Below, one piece after another: positions 1-16,327 of a stretch of DNA of 64,000 bases. Under the pieces are notes generated by a model. It saw nothing but the letters and a program-made list of their open reading frames with translations. It made no database searches and was not told where the DNA came from. The DNA comes from the human T2T-CHM13v2.0 reference genome, Homo sapiens. Location of the stretch: assembly GCF_009914755.1 (NCBI RefSeq), contig NC_060932.1. One strand, written 5' to 3'. The position numbers and the translations under genes were made by a program. Positions within the stretch are counted from its first letter, which is position 1; the number at the start of each line of letters is the position of its first letter.

Positions 1-355
1 CAAGCCAAGGCTTACTTAGCAACAATGACAAAAAATTCCTCCAAATACAGCCTGAACGGTGAGTGAGAACAGAATCTCTAGAACAATCAAGCCAATGATT
101 ATTCAAAGACATCCAAGAGGAAGACAGATTCAGAAAATGGACTTGGGGCTTTGATAACCAGCATCACTGCACCATTATTTCTGTGAAACATTGTTGATCC
201 TGGTTCATTTTCAAAAGGGCTTTTCCATTCAGGGAAAATTTGGTATAAATATAAAATTCAACAGGTGTGCATGAATGAAAAATGGCAGATTAACTTCTTA
301 GAAACAAAATTTTTACATCATTTTAAATTTGTAAATACTGTTAGTGATTCATTAC

Positions 356-432
356 CTGCGATTCAATTCCTTCCTTTATTATTGACCGTATTTTCTCCGG
401 AACTGTAATTTGCACAGGTAAACTATCAAAAT
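356..432 (-). CDS. ADAM2: ADAM2 coding exon 2 (77 bp)
   Basis: Minus strand reads ttttgcag|AT TTT GAT AGT TTA CCT GTG...GAA TCG CAG|gtaat = (N)FDSLPVQITVPEKIRSIIKEGIESQ. Canonical AG (434-433) and GT (355-354). Phase matches exon 1 (55+77=132 nt). Confidence 0.97.
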
Positions 433-568
433 CTGCAAAATGTGCAAAATGTTTTATTAGAACAATGCCCATCATTTCAGAGCGTGTTTTATGAGTTTTT
501 CATCTAAATCTCTAATCTCTATTCTATACGCTGCTTCTCATTTTTATTATCTTCCCATTTATTTCTAA

Positions 569-904
<336 letters not shown>

Positions 905-1350
905 ATATTTTTTTAAAAAAGAAGTAGGTGTATTGCTTTAGGAGTATTGCCCTGTAGGTAGGATCTGGTAACCTTGGGTCAATAGGTTCAAGCCCCTCAG
1001 GACAAATTAACTCACTCTGGACTCTTCAACTAGAGAGTACAGAAGTTGGGTCTCAACTTTCACTGTCGTGAAAAATGCAAAGCAGGATCTGAAACTACAA
1101 TTTTGAAGCAACCTCTTAAGGCCTAGGACCTCCTATCTTATCTTTCCTAGGTTTCCAGGACGTGTGGGAAAGCCCTTATTCTACGTGGATTTTGGGTGGG
1201 GAAGGCGGCAATGTCGGGGATGAGCTTGGAATTGCTGAGTTGGAAACCCCTCAGGAAAGCATCCTCCCAGGGATGTCAATGTAACTTGGAGGCAAAGGGA
1301 GAGTAGCGCTGAGGGTCCCAAAAGGCCAGAGGAGGGGTTTTTCTGCTTAC

Positions 1351-1405
1351 TACTGTCCATCCGCAGCCCGCCGAGCCCGCTGAGCAGAAACAAGACGCGC
1401 CACAT
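1351..1405 (-). CDS. ADAM2: ADAM2 coding exon 1 (signal peptide MWRVLFLLSGLGGLRMDS)
   Basis: gccATGtgg Kozak context at 1405. The N-terminus is recognised as human ADAM2. Donor A|gtaagc at 1350. Confidence 0.97.
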
Positions 1406-1620
1406 GGCTTGAAGTCCTGGGTCCCAGCCGGAATAATGGCAGTTGGTGGTTACAGGGCAGTTGGAAGCGCGAGATGACGCCCCGGCCACGCAGCCTGGAA
1501 GAGGTAGGCGGCTGGGAGAGCCCAGGTGGGCTGAGGTTGGGTGTGGTGCGCTGTGGAACGTGCGAGCTCCTGAGCCCTGTCTCTTGCAGGACAAGCACTC
1601 CACTGGACGTGATGCCTAAT
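1406..1620 (-). promoter_or_regulatory. ADAM2: ADAM2 5' UTR and proximal promoter (small CpG-rich patch)
   Basis: GC/CpG-rich patch directly upstream of the ATG, in otherwise CpG-poor DNA. MYB-type CAACTGCC twice and half-CRE TGACG at 1475-1479. Confidence 0.8.
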
Positions 1621-1722
1621 TAAGGCAACAGCAACAACAAAATCACTTCCAACAGCTGAGGAACAGGAAGATTTATAAACACTTCTTAAGTAAAATTTCA
1701 ATTGAATATATATAAACACGTA

Positions 1723-1985
1723 TCAGGAGTTCGAGACCAGTTTCCGCAACATGGTGAAACCCCGTCTGTACTAAAAATACAAAAAAAAATTAGCCAGGCA
1801 TGGTGGCGGGTGCCTGAAATCCCAGCTACTCGGGAAGCTGAGGCAGGAGAATCGCTTGAACCTAGGAGGCAGAGGTTGCAGTGAGCAGAAAGACCTTACC
1901 ACTGCACTCCAGCCTGGGTGAGAGAGCGAAATTCCGTCAAAAAAAAAAAAAAAAAAAAAAAGAACGAAACAAAAAACGAAAAAAA
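1723..1985 (+). mobile_element. 5'-truncated Alu
   Basis: Starts at tcaggagttcgagacc, then the right arm and A-tail. Confidence 0.93.
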
Positions 1986-2049
1986 GTATATAATAAATCA
2001 TAAGTTCACAGGTCAATTAATATTCAAGTGGAAAAAAAAAACAGCGTAA

Positions 2050-5880
<3,831 letters not shown>

Positions 5881-5989
5881 TAGTCTCTGCATTAGGAAAA
5901 TATAATCTTCCAGTTGGTCCTCAGCTTATGATTGTGAATGTGTTATCAAATCTAGCATAATGATGGTTCAAGAAAGTATTATGGGTATG

Positions 5990-7960
5990 CTCATAAAGCA
6001 CAGAAATAGAGAGGGGAAAGAGCTTATTTAGATAAATAATGACAAATACTTCCCAAATTTGGAGAAAGATGTAAATCAAAGTAGATGAAACTCGAGATTA
6101 TCCAATCAAATCCAATCCAAACAATACTAAATCAAGACTTATTATAATCAAACTGTCAAAAATTAAAGAGAAGATCCAAAAAGTAGCAAGAGAAAGGAAG
6201 CACATCACACACAAAAGAAATCCACGTTGCCTATCAGATTTCTCAGCAGCAGGCCAGGAAAATAATGAGATGATGTGTTCAGAGCACTGCCAGAAAGAAA
6301 AAAAACAATAAACAAAACCTGTCAACCAGGAATACTTCACTAGGCAAAGCTATACTTCAGAAATAAAGAAGAGATAAAGACTTTACCATACAAGCAAACC
6401 TGAATGAGTTTATCACCACTAGCCCAACCTTGTAAGAAATACTAAAGGAAATTCCTCAGGATGAAAAAATAAAGATGCTAATTAGTAACATAAAAATACA
6501 GAGAAGTATAAAACTCACTGACAAGAGTAAGTACGCAGTCAAATTAGGAATACTGGAATACAGCGATGGTGGTGTGCAAATTATGTATCTCTTTATTAAG
6601 AAGGTTAAAAGAGAAAACCTACAAAAAAATAATAGCTATAATAATTTGTTAAGAGGAACACAATATAAAAGAATGTAAACTGTGGCATCAAAAACATATG
6701 TAGGGGGAATAAAAAGGTAGGGTTTTAATGCAATCAAAGTTAAGTTGTTACCAGCTTAAAATAGGCTATTATAACTAGATGATGTTTTATGTAAGCCTCA
6801 CGGTAACCACAAATCAAAAACCAAGAGTGGATACACAAAATGTTAAAAAGTAAGACATTAAAGCATATCTGTTTTAATCCTTTTTCTGTTGCTGTAACAG
6901 AATACCATAGACTGGGTAATGAATAAGAGAGGTTTATTGAACTCATGGTGCTGGAGGCTTGAGAAGTCCTAGAATATGATGCTGGCATCTGGTGAGGTCC
7001 TTTCCGTGCATCATGACGTGGCAGGAGGCATCACATTGAGAGACAGAGCAAGCATACTAGTTCAGGTCTCTGCTTCTTCTTATAAAGCCACTAATACTGT
7101 CATGGAGAATCCATCCTGATGACCTCACCTAATCCTAATTACCATCCAAAGGCATGACCTCCAAAAACCATCAACATATAAATTTTGGAATTTCATTCCC
7201 AAAACAGGAAATTTGGGGAACACATTCAAACTATAACAATATTATGACAGAAAACATAATCACAAAGGGAGATGGTGAGAGAGGAAGAAAGAAAGAATCT
7301 ACATTTAAAAAATACAGAAAACAATTAGCAAAGCAGAAATATATAAAGAGTTGTTACAAGTCAACAAAAAAGAAAAATAAGCCTACAAAAATGGGTAAAG
7401 TACTTCAACACATATTTCTCCAAAGGTGGTATAATATCAATGACTAATGACCCCATGAAAAGATGCTCAAGATCATTACTAATTAGATCATTAGTCATTA
7501 GGCATTAGAGAAACAAAATCCAAAACCGTAATGAGATATTGCTTCACAAGCACTATAAATAATCAATAAAATGGAAAATAAGTATTGGCAAGGATTAGAA
7601 GAATCCGAACTCTTCAAACACTGATGATGGGAATGTTAAATGGCACAGTTCCTTTGGAAATTAGTCTGGAAGTTCCTCAAAAAGATGAAAAATAGTTTGT
7701 CATATTGCCCCAAAATTCCACTCCTAGATATATACCCAAGAGAAATGACAACATATGTTCATTTAAGAACTTGAACACAAATGTTTACAGCATGATTATT
7801 CATAATATCCAAAAGGTGGAAACAGCTCAAATGTCCATCAACTGCTGAACAGATTAATATAATGTTGCTTGTTCATTCAATAGGATTTCAGTCAATAAAA
7901 TGGAATGAATTACTAATAATGCTAAACCTGGATAGATCTTATAAACATCATGTTACATAA
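5990..7960 (+). mobile_element. Old L1 fragments (ORF1 3' part, ORF2 3' part)
   Basis: A-rich L1 motifs: cagatttctcagcag, atgaaaagatgctca, aaatgtccatcaac. Confidence 0.75.
6870..7238 (-). mobile_element. MaLR solo LTR (MST-type) inside L1
   Basis: tgttttaatcc...gttgctgtaacagaataccatagactgggtaat ... cacattcaaactataaca termini. Confidence 0.85.
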
Positions 7961-8129
7961 TTTCATTCATAAGGGAAAGTCCTTCCTAAAAGGCCCTGCC
8001 TCTTAATACTATCACACTGGGGATTAAGTTTCAACATATTAATTGTGAGGAGACACAAGCATTCAGATAATTGCATTGGTGTTTGGTGTAGCTGTTTCTT
8101 CTTTTTTTCTTTGCTTTTTCTCTTTCTCT

Positions 8130-11100
8130 TTTTTTTTTTTTTTTGACAATTTGCATGAAATAATCTTTTTCCATTCTTTTACTTTCAACCTATTTGTGTC
8201 TGAATTTAAATTCTATTTCTTATAGAGAGCATATAGCTGGATTTTACTTATTTATTTTTCTAATCTCTTCCTCTTGATTGGTGAGTTCGAATTACTGATT
8301 GACATATAACACAATTGCTGATGAGGTAAGATTTAACTCTATCATTTTGCTTTTTTTTTGGTATGTGTTTAAGATATTTTCCTTCTATTCATTTATAACT
8401 CTTTTTTTTTGGTCAAATAGATATTTTCTAGTACACCATAATAATTCCCTCATTACTTCTTTTAACATATATTTTTGAATATTTTTGTAATAGGTCCCCT
8501 GAGAATTAAAATTAACACATTAATTTATAACAATATAGTTCAGATTAATACCAACTTAATTTCAGTTGTATACAACAATTTTGCTCTTATAGAGCCCTAT
8601 TTCTCTCTCCTCCTCTCCTTTGGATTTTATTGCCAAATAAAATACATATTTATACACCACCCAAAATATATTTATAATCAATGCTTTTGAAATTGTCTTT
8701 TAAATCAGATAAAATAAAAAGCATTACAAACAAAAATGTATTTATACTATAAATTGCATTACCTACACATTTACCATTATCTCCTGTCTTTATTTCTTCA
8801 TGTGGATTTTAGTTACTCTCAAGTATCCTTTCATTTCAACTTGAAGGACTTTCTTTAGTATACCTTATAGGGTAAGTCTGCAAGACACAAATTTCTTTTT
8901 TGTTGTTTATATGAAGATATCATTATTATCATTTTTGAAGGAAAGTTTTGCAAGATGTTGAATTTTTGGTTGACATAGTTTATTTTTCAGCACTTTGAGT
9001 ATGGCACCCAATTATCTCTAGATTCCATGGTATACGATTAAATCATCTTTGAATCTTACTGAGGATCTTCTACAAATAATGAGTTGCTTCCTTCTTGCTA
9101 CTTTCAAGATTATGTATCTCTGGCTTTTGACAGTTTCATTACTATGTGTTAGGTATGGATGACTTGATTTTATCCTTCTTAGAGTTATTTGAGCCTTTTA
9201 AGTGTGTAGATTATTGTTTTTCATCAAATGTGGACGTTTTCAGACCTTATTTCTTCAAATATTCTTTATGCCTTTTTATCTCCTCCCTTTCTTTTGGGAC
9301 TCCCATTGTATGTTTGTAAGTCTGATTGTGTGTCACAGGTCTGTGAAATTGTCATTTTTTCCATTCCTCACCTAAATTTCTTCAACTGATGTCTCTTTAA
9401 ATTCTTTCTTTGCTTTGAAACAAAAGCAACAAATACTGCATATTCTCTTACAGTTGGGAGCTAAATATTGGGTACACAGGGACATAAAGATAGGAACAAC
9501 AGGCCCCAGGGAATGCAAGAATGGGAAGGGAGGAAGGGAGGGAGACCAGGGTTGAAAAACTACCTATTGGATAATATGCCCACTTCATGATTGACAGGTT
9601 CAATCATACTCCAAACCCCAACACTGTGCAATATACCTTTGGAACTAACTTACACATGTGCCCCCAAGATCTACAATAAAAGTTCATTTAAAAAAAGAAA
9701 TGGGGAAGCATATTTTTATTTAAATAAATAAATACATTCACTGCTTCTCTTCTGCCTGCTCAAAGCTGTTGTGGAGCCTTTCTAGTTAATTTTTTCTTTG
9801 AGTTATTATACTTTTTAGCCCCAGAATTTCTTTTTTGATTATTTTTTATAATGTCTATTCTTTTCTTGATATTCTCTATTTGGTAAGTCATCATTTTCAT
9901 ACTTTCTTTTAATTATTTAGACATGGTTTGTTTAGGTCTTTGAATATATTTAAAATCGATTTCATGTCTTTGTCTAGCAAGATCAACATTTAGGATTCCT
10001 AGGGGAAAGTTTCTATTGCTTGTTTCTTTCTTGTGTATGGACCATAATTTTTCTGTATGTCTCATAAATTTTGCTGAAAATAGAACATTCCAAATGATAT
10101 CATACAGCAACTCTGGAAGTCAGATTCTTCCTTCCTCTTAAGGATTACTATGACTTCTGCTTGTTATTAATAGTTGTTTGTTTAGAAGCTTTCCTCAAAT
10201 CATTCTGCAAAGTCTGTATCCATTGTTGTGTGCAGTCACTGAAGTCTCTACTCAGATTCGTGGTCAGCTAATAATTAGACAGAGCTTATTTTAAATGTCT
10301 GGTGCCAACAAGCCTCCCAATGGGCTCTGTGTGCCTACTCTGTCATATCTTCAACATTGAACCAAACAGTTGAAAATCTTCTTAGCCTTCACCACTTGCT
10401 TGCTCAGAGCTTCAAGGTCAGCCAGAGATAAGAGTTTAGGGCCTTCTCTTGGTCTCAGGTATCTTCTGTGCGTGTGGACAGCTCTACACATCCTTGTTGC
10501 CTTTCAGAGTTTAGGTTTTCAAAGCTTCTATGAATATCTCACTCCCCAGTGCCTTGTGTTAAATATTTTGGTCTGGCTGTTGTTTGTTCAAACTGTTATC
10601 CATTGCCTCAGGCAGCTGAAAATTTAAAACACCTGCCTGTAAATTGTTTTTTACAAAGGATCCTGAGAAGAAAAGCTTTTTGTATACACATTCTAGTTCT
10701 GAGTCAATCTAATACAAGCATTCTTGCAAGTGGAGTCTTCTGGAGAATGACCAATCAGGTCAAATTAATGTCAGTTCTTTTAGGGTGAGGCTTTCAAAGA
10801 GTTCCATACTTGTGCTTCCTCCAATGCTTACCAGGCTGCACTAGAAATGCAGGCTGTTATTTTTCAAGGACATTGTAGATCTGGAGAGTGATAGATAGGC
10901 TAGGACAAATTAAAATACCACAAAGTTTACTGTCCTTACTGAGATTTAGCTGTTTGTCTTGAATAAATGTTATCTGGGTGGCTGCAAGCCTTTGAATTTC
11001 CAGAGTTATGAAAAAGTTGATTCTGAGAAATTTTGACATTTGCTTATTGCTTATGGAGAAGAGAATTTTCAAAGATTAATATACCGCCACTTCTGAAGAT
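8130..11100 (-). mobile_element. Old L1 (ORF1/5' region) antisense fragments
   Basis: Motifs atcttttccattcttttactttcaacc, tcagcactttgagtat, tttcttcaaatattc. Confidence 0.7.
9420..9700 (+). mobile_element. L1PB/L1MA-type 3' end
   Basis: aatactgcatattctc...gggagctaaatattgggtacac...gttgaaaaactacctattgg...aataaaag. Confidence 0.85.
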
Positions 11101-14100
11101 ACCCTATAGTCATGTAGAACTATTTTTTAAACTCTGTATAGATCAAGGCACATAACAAAGCTGTTCTGTTATTTTCACCATTATTGAAAGTTATGTTTTA
11201 TGCACAATTCAATGTGAATAAATATGAATCTGTATTTTTTGCCTTTCCTTTCTTAGACATATAGTCTTCTTTGTCTGGAGTAAGAAATTTAAATGTACTT
11301 TTGTATTTACCTCAAAAACTCAAGCTCTAATGAATCATATATCACTATCATGAATAGTAATAGGTCTCTAACCCAATAGTTTAAGGAAAACATAGATTTA
11401 TTAACATTTATTGAGAAGTGCAAACAACTCAAAAGTTTGGGCAGACCAATTATTATGCAATTTACCTGACTCTAATTCTTTAAGAGTTTCCCCATCGATT
11501 ACTGAATACCTGTTGTGTCTTTTTCCTTCAATTACCCTGGAGGAACCATGTATGAATAAGTGTCGTCCTGTTTTGAAGGGGGTCTCCCCTAGGTCTGGTC
11601 TGACCTTTGGTAGTCAATTAAATTTAGACATAAGTGCTCCTTCTTTAGATTTGGATCTCCTGTTAAGAAACCTGCTGGGTTGAGTGAATTATTAGTAGTT
11701 AAAGTTAAATCATCTTTTTCTAGCAAAATAGCCTTGTATTTCAGGATTCTGGAGTCAGCAAGCCACCTCCCAGCTTTTTGATTTAGTATTGCTTTAACTT
11801 GGTGGGGTGTGCTTACAGTTCCCTTAAAAGTTAACTTTCTGCTTTCTTCAACTAATATTGCCATAGTGGCAACAGATTGAATGCGTTGAGGCCACTCACA
11901 GGTAATAGGGTCTAAAACATTTGATAAGAAGGCCACAGGCTGCTGGTGGCCACTGAGTTCTTGGGTAAGCATTCCTATAGCCACTCCATTATTTACATCG
12001 ACAAAAAGATGAAAGAGCTTTTCTAGAGAAGGCAAAGCTAAAACTGGGGCAGTCATAAGTCTTTCTTTCAGTTCCTCAATTTGGTCGACTTCCTCAGAAG
12101 TTCACAAGAGATGGTCAGAATTTTCTTGAGTAAGCTTCTGGTATAGCAGCTTACTGTGTAAGGTATATGAGTCAATCCATAAGCAGCAGTATCCAACTAA
12201 TCCTAGAAACTTTCTGAGCTCATGCTTAGTTTGAGGCAAGGGTAAAGACACGATGCCTTCAACTCGCTCCAGCCCTATTCTCCACTTGCCTGCACTTATT
12301 AAATGGCCTAAATATTTGACCTCAGGTTCTACATACTGAAGCTTTTTCTTTGAGACTCATAACCTCTCAGAATGTAGATGATCAAGGGTACATATGGAAA
12401 AACTGGTTACTTTTTCTACATCCTCTCCTGATATGAGTATATTATCAACATACTGGAGCATGCATATGTGATTTGGAACAGAAACCTTTTCTAGCATTTA
12501 TTCTAGACTCTGACTAAACAGGTTGGGTGTGTCTGTGAACCCTTGGGGCAAAACTGTTCACTGATACTGTTGTTTTCACCCTTACTGGAGGTCTTCCCAC
12601 TCAAAGGCGAATATGTCTTGGCTATTTTCAGCTAGGGGTCATGCCCAAAAAGCATCTTTTAAGTCTATTACAGTAAACCATTGATGATTATATGGAATTT
12701 TACTGAGAATAAGTGTAAGGGTTAGGGACAACGGGGTGAGTGGTTTGGACTATTTGGTTGGCAGTTCTAAGATTTTGTACTAACAGGTATGATCTGTCTG
12801 ATTTCTTGATGGGCAGTATTGGGGTGTTATAAGGAGACATACAAGGCTCAAGAAGCCCATTTTTTATGAGACTTTCAATTATGGGCTTTAACCTGATCCG
12901 TCCTTCTAAAGGGACAGGGTATTTCTTCCTCCTCACCACTTCCTCTGGGGTTTTTAGCTTGATGTGGATTGGGGGAATGTGAAGTTTTCCTTGGTTTCCT
13001 TCTCTGGACCAGACATTGGGGTGAATACATTTCTCATTTGCGGTGGTGACTAAATTTAATGAGGTAAGGAATCCTTTTGGACTAACTTGTAAGCCTATAC
13101 CTAACTTCAACATTAAGCCTCTTCCTAATAAGTTAGTTCCTGCCTCCGGGGTCAATAAAAATTGGATATGAGTCAATCGTTCTTGGTATTGAACTTCTGT
13201 ACTTTCTGAGACTTTTGCTTTAAATCCTTCCCTTTTACCCCAGAGACTAAAAGGTCTTCTGAAGAGCAGGCAATGTTAGATGAAGGGAAACAAAGGGAGG
13301 AGCAAGTGGCCCCTGAATTAACTAGAAAGGTGATAAGTTCATGATTGGGTCCAACATCTAAATTTATCAAGGGCTCCTGGTGGGACTTGAAGTAAGAGAG
13401 AGTCCCTGACCCCCCTCAAAGGTCATGAGGGGCAGGGCTTCTCTCTCTCTTTCTAATTCAGGACATTCTCTTTTGAAGTGGCCTGCCTTTCCACATCTGT
13501 AACAGCTATCTTGTCCTTATTCCCTCTCAGCTCTCGGATTTTGTGTCTTTGTTCCCCTATACTCTTTAGAGACTCTGGTAGATGAGGGCCTGCGTCCTCT
13601 GGATGGAGGCTTGGGTCTTTTCAACAGCAGTCTGGACCCTTTGTAGTTTTTGGCCCCCTGGAGGCTTTGTTTAGAAGTATGTGGATTTGGGGCCACCTGC
13701 TAGAAAGTGGATAGCATAAGTTTTGCCTTTTTTTTCCTGTTTCTTTTTATGTCTTCTAACATATACTTTTTGAGCTTCTCTGAGAAATTCACTCAGAGGT
13801 TGGTCTTCTCGATTTTTTAATTTTTGTAACGTTTTTGAGATATTTAACCAACTCTTAATGATGAAGTAGAGTTTTAACAGTCCTTGTCCAAGGGGGTCTT
13901 CTAAGTTTAGGGCTGAATATTGTTTCATTTGGTCCTTCAGTCTGTCTAGAAATTTCATAAACCCCTCATCTCTTTCTTGTTGTATATCAAGTGCTTTGGA
14001 AAGGTTGTGGGTTCAGGGTACTGATTCCCTAATTCACTTTATTATCATTTCCCTTAGGTCTTGCATATTTTCTTGGTGAGCTGGGTTATTATTGTCCCAC

Positions 14101-15119
14101 TGGGGGTCTCGGCCAGGAAACTTTTGATCCGCGGTAGGAACGTCTTGATCGGGAGCGTGTTCACGCTCCCAAATTGCCATAGCAGCCCTACAGATCATCT
14201 CTCTCTCTTCACCAGAGAAGAGTATGCCTAGAATGGACACCAACTCGACCCAGGTGTAAAAGTGTGGTCCCAGGAATTGATTAACTTGATCTGCTACCCC
14301 ATAAGGGTCACATAAGAATGGCCTGAGTTCCTTCCTTAAATTCTGGACTTCTGAACTAGTTAAGGGAACACTTACAAAGCCAATAGCCCCCACACTTTGT
14401 GGTACTTCTTTCAAGGGGAAGAGAGTCAGAGCTGACTCCTTAGATGTGGAGGGAAATGGGAAATTTTGGATATCTCTTTTAGATTGTTCTACTTCACGTT
14501 GGAGTCCCTTCAGGGAGGCGCACTTAGGCTGAGAGGGAACAGATTCATGGGTGATGATTCCCAGGAATCAGGATTGTAAGGAGGAGAAATAACGTGGGCA
14601 GGGGAAGAATCTGGGGCAGGATCTGGGGTGGCAGCTGCCTGAGGGGAAGTATTGGGGGCACTGAGTGGGGGAAGGTGGTATGGGGATCCCATGCACAGGA
14701 GTCCTTTGGCATGGGAACCAGCTTTTCTGAGTCTTCATTGTGGGGTGCTAGATTGGGTGTTTCCCTAGTTTTTTTAAGGGATTGAGGAGGACAGGTCTCT
14801 GTCTCCAACAAAGAGCATAGTCTAGCTCCTCTTGAGACACTGGATTGTTTTCATTTACATGTCGAATTAGGAGTTGACACATTACATCCTCATTCGACCC
14901 AAATTTTGGCCAGAAGATTGAGGGTTTAAGGAGGGGACTCTGGGTCCAAACAAAACAGCAATATTTTATCATTTGTTGCTTGTTCTTATGTTTAGTTCTC
15001 TCATTATTTTTCCAATATTTTAACATGAGACCTAGGGGACAATTTGGGGGAATATCTTTATTGCTATTTTTATCCTTTTTACTTTCCATTGTGCTTGGGG
15101 TATTTCCCATGTTGGGTCC

Positions 15120-15280
15120 TAGTTAGGCTCAATTTTTGTATTAGAAATCTCTTGCCTATCCTTCCCTGGAGGCTTATTAAGGCTCATTTCCCTTGTATGA
15201 GGAATGTTTTGCCTATCCTTCCATGGAGGCTTATTAAGGCTCAATTCCCTTGCATGAGGAATCTCTTGCCTATCCTTTAG
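15120..15280. repeat. ~57-bp tandem repeat (~2.7 copies) in the HERV-I leader
   Basis: Unit cttgcctatccttccctggaggcttattaaggctcatttcccttgtatgaggaat is repeated. It shows as a 19-aa periodicity in ORF 15044..15280. Confidence 0.9.
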
Positions 15281-15778
15281 TCCCACCTGCTGGAGATTTC
15301 TGGCACCTTTCTCTTGCTTCGTCTGCTCTGGCCGCTTCCCTTGCAGGAGTATTTCAGGTCCCTCTTAGCATTGATGGCAGCTCAGTATAAACCCCTGATG
15401 GGACCCCCAAAGGGCCGCCCTAAGCCATATGAGGTGACCACAGAACTGCATATTGGACTCACTCACTCCTCACAACAGTAGTGCTTGTTACCATTCACAC
15501 CATTTTAACCTCCAGACTCCCGACCACCAAGGAAATATTTTGTCGCCCCTGCGACTTTTCTTACCTTGGTCTGTGTAGAGTTTACCTAGTCGCTGTGGTA
15601 TGTGAGCCCCCTTTTCCCAAGCTGCCCGTTTGTTCCTTTCCTGCATTGCTGAGAGTCTGGGTTTATTCATCATACTTGGTGGGTCTCGATTCCTCACCTT
15701 GAGGCTACCGCAACAAGGTGACGGGGCGCGCCTCCACACGGGAAAGTACTGGAGACCCCTCCCCAGAGGAGAATGGGC

Positions 15779-15796
15779 TCCCTGTACGGGCCACCA
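15779..15796 (-). other. Primer-binding site for tRNA-Ile
   Basis: TGGTGGCCCGTACAGGGA is 17/18 identical to the complement of the tRNA-Ile(AAU) 3' end and lies 4 nt from the LTR end. Confidence 0.9.
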
Positions 15797-15800
15797 AAAT

Positions 15801-16327
15801 TGTTATAAATGAATTTCCGATGCCACAAAAGAAACAGCACTCAAACATATATTTAGTTTCCTCAGCAAGGCAATTTACTTTTGCAAAAGGGTGCCACTCG
15901 TGTCAATCAAGATCGCAAGTGCACACCAAACAAAGGAGACCAGGGAGTTTTTATATCGTTAACGCGATCCCTATGTCTGTGTCCTTCCCCATGGGCTGGG
16001 GTCAGACCACACAATCTGAGATAACCCGATTGGCTACTTATAAGTATTTTTTTTTAATATGGAAGGGAGGGGGATGTGAGTTACAGTGGTGGAGTGTGTG
16101 AGACGTGCAGTTTCAGGGGAACAATGGGTACAGGTAAACAAGGGAACAGATGTGAGTTACTGATTAGAACTCACGGGAAGTTGCAGCCCACATCATGCAC
16201 ACAGTTACTGTTTACAGTAACTAGGGGCAAGGAGAAACGAGAAAGTTGAGTTTGAGAACAAAGGGTAAGGAAGTTAACAGGCTAAACCTTTTGAAGAGAA
16301 ACTCAGAAAGATTCATTGTATTTTACA
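15801..16327 (-). mobile_element. LTR10-family 5' LTR of HERV-I
   Basis: TG...CA termini. Minus strand starts tgtaaaatacaatgaatctttctgagtttctcttcaaaaggtttagcctgttaacttcc. Adjacent to the Ile PBS. Confidence 0.88.

Larger units (their letters stand above)
11430..15800 (-). mobile_element. HERV-I (HERVIP10-like) internal region: leader-gag-pro-pol, truncated in RNase H; no env or 3' LTR
   Basis: Gag MGNTPS...WPKFGS (15110). Protease FLVNSGA (catalytic D lost). RT SPYNTPILP and LQYVDN at ~12440-12460. Multiple frameshifts and stops. Confidence 0.92.

Noticed and set aside
1-350. Possible further ADAM2 exon
   Set aside because: No frame matches the expected next ADAM2 peptide. Exon 3 must lie outside the window.
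1181-1719. ORFs of 82-140 aa overlapping the ADAM2 start
   Set aside because: They read through promoter and intron DNA. Only 1351-1405 is coding, bounded by a canonical donor.
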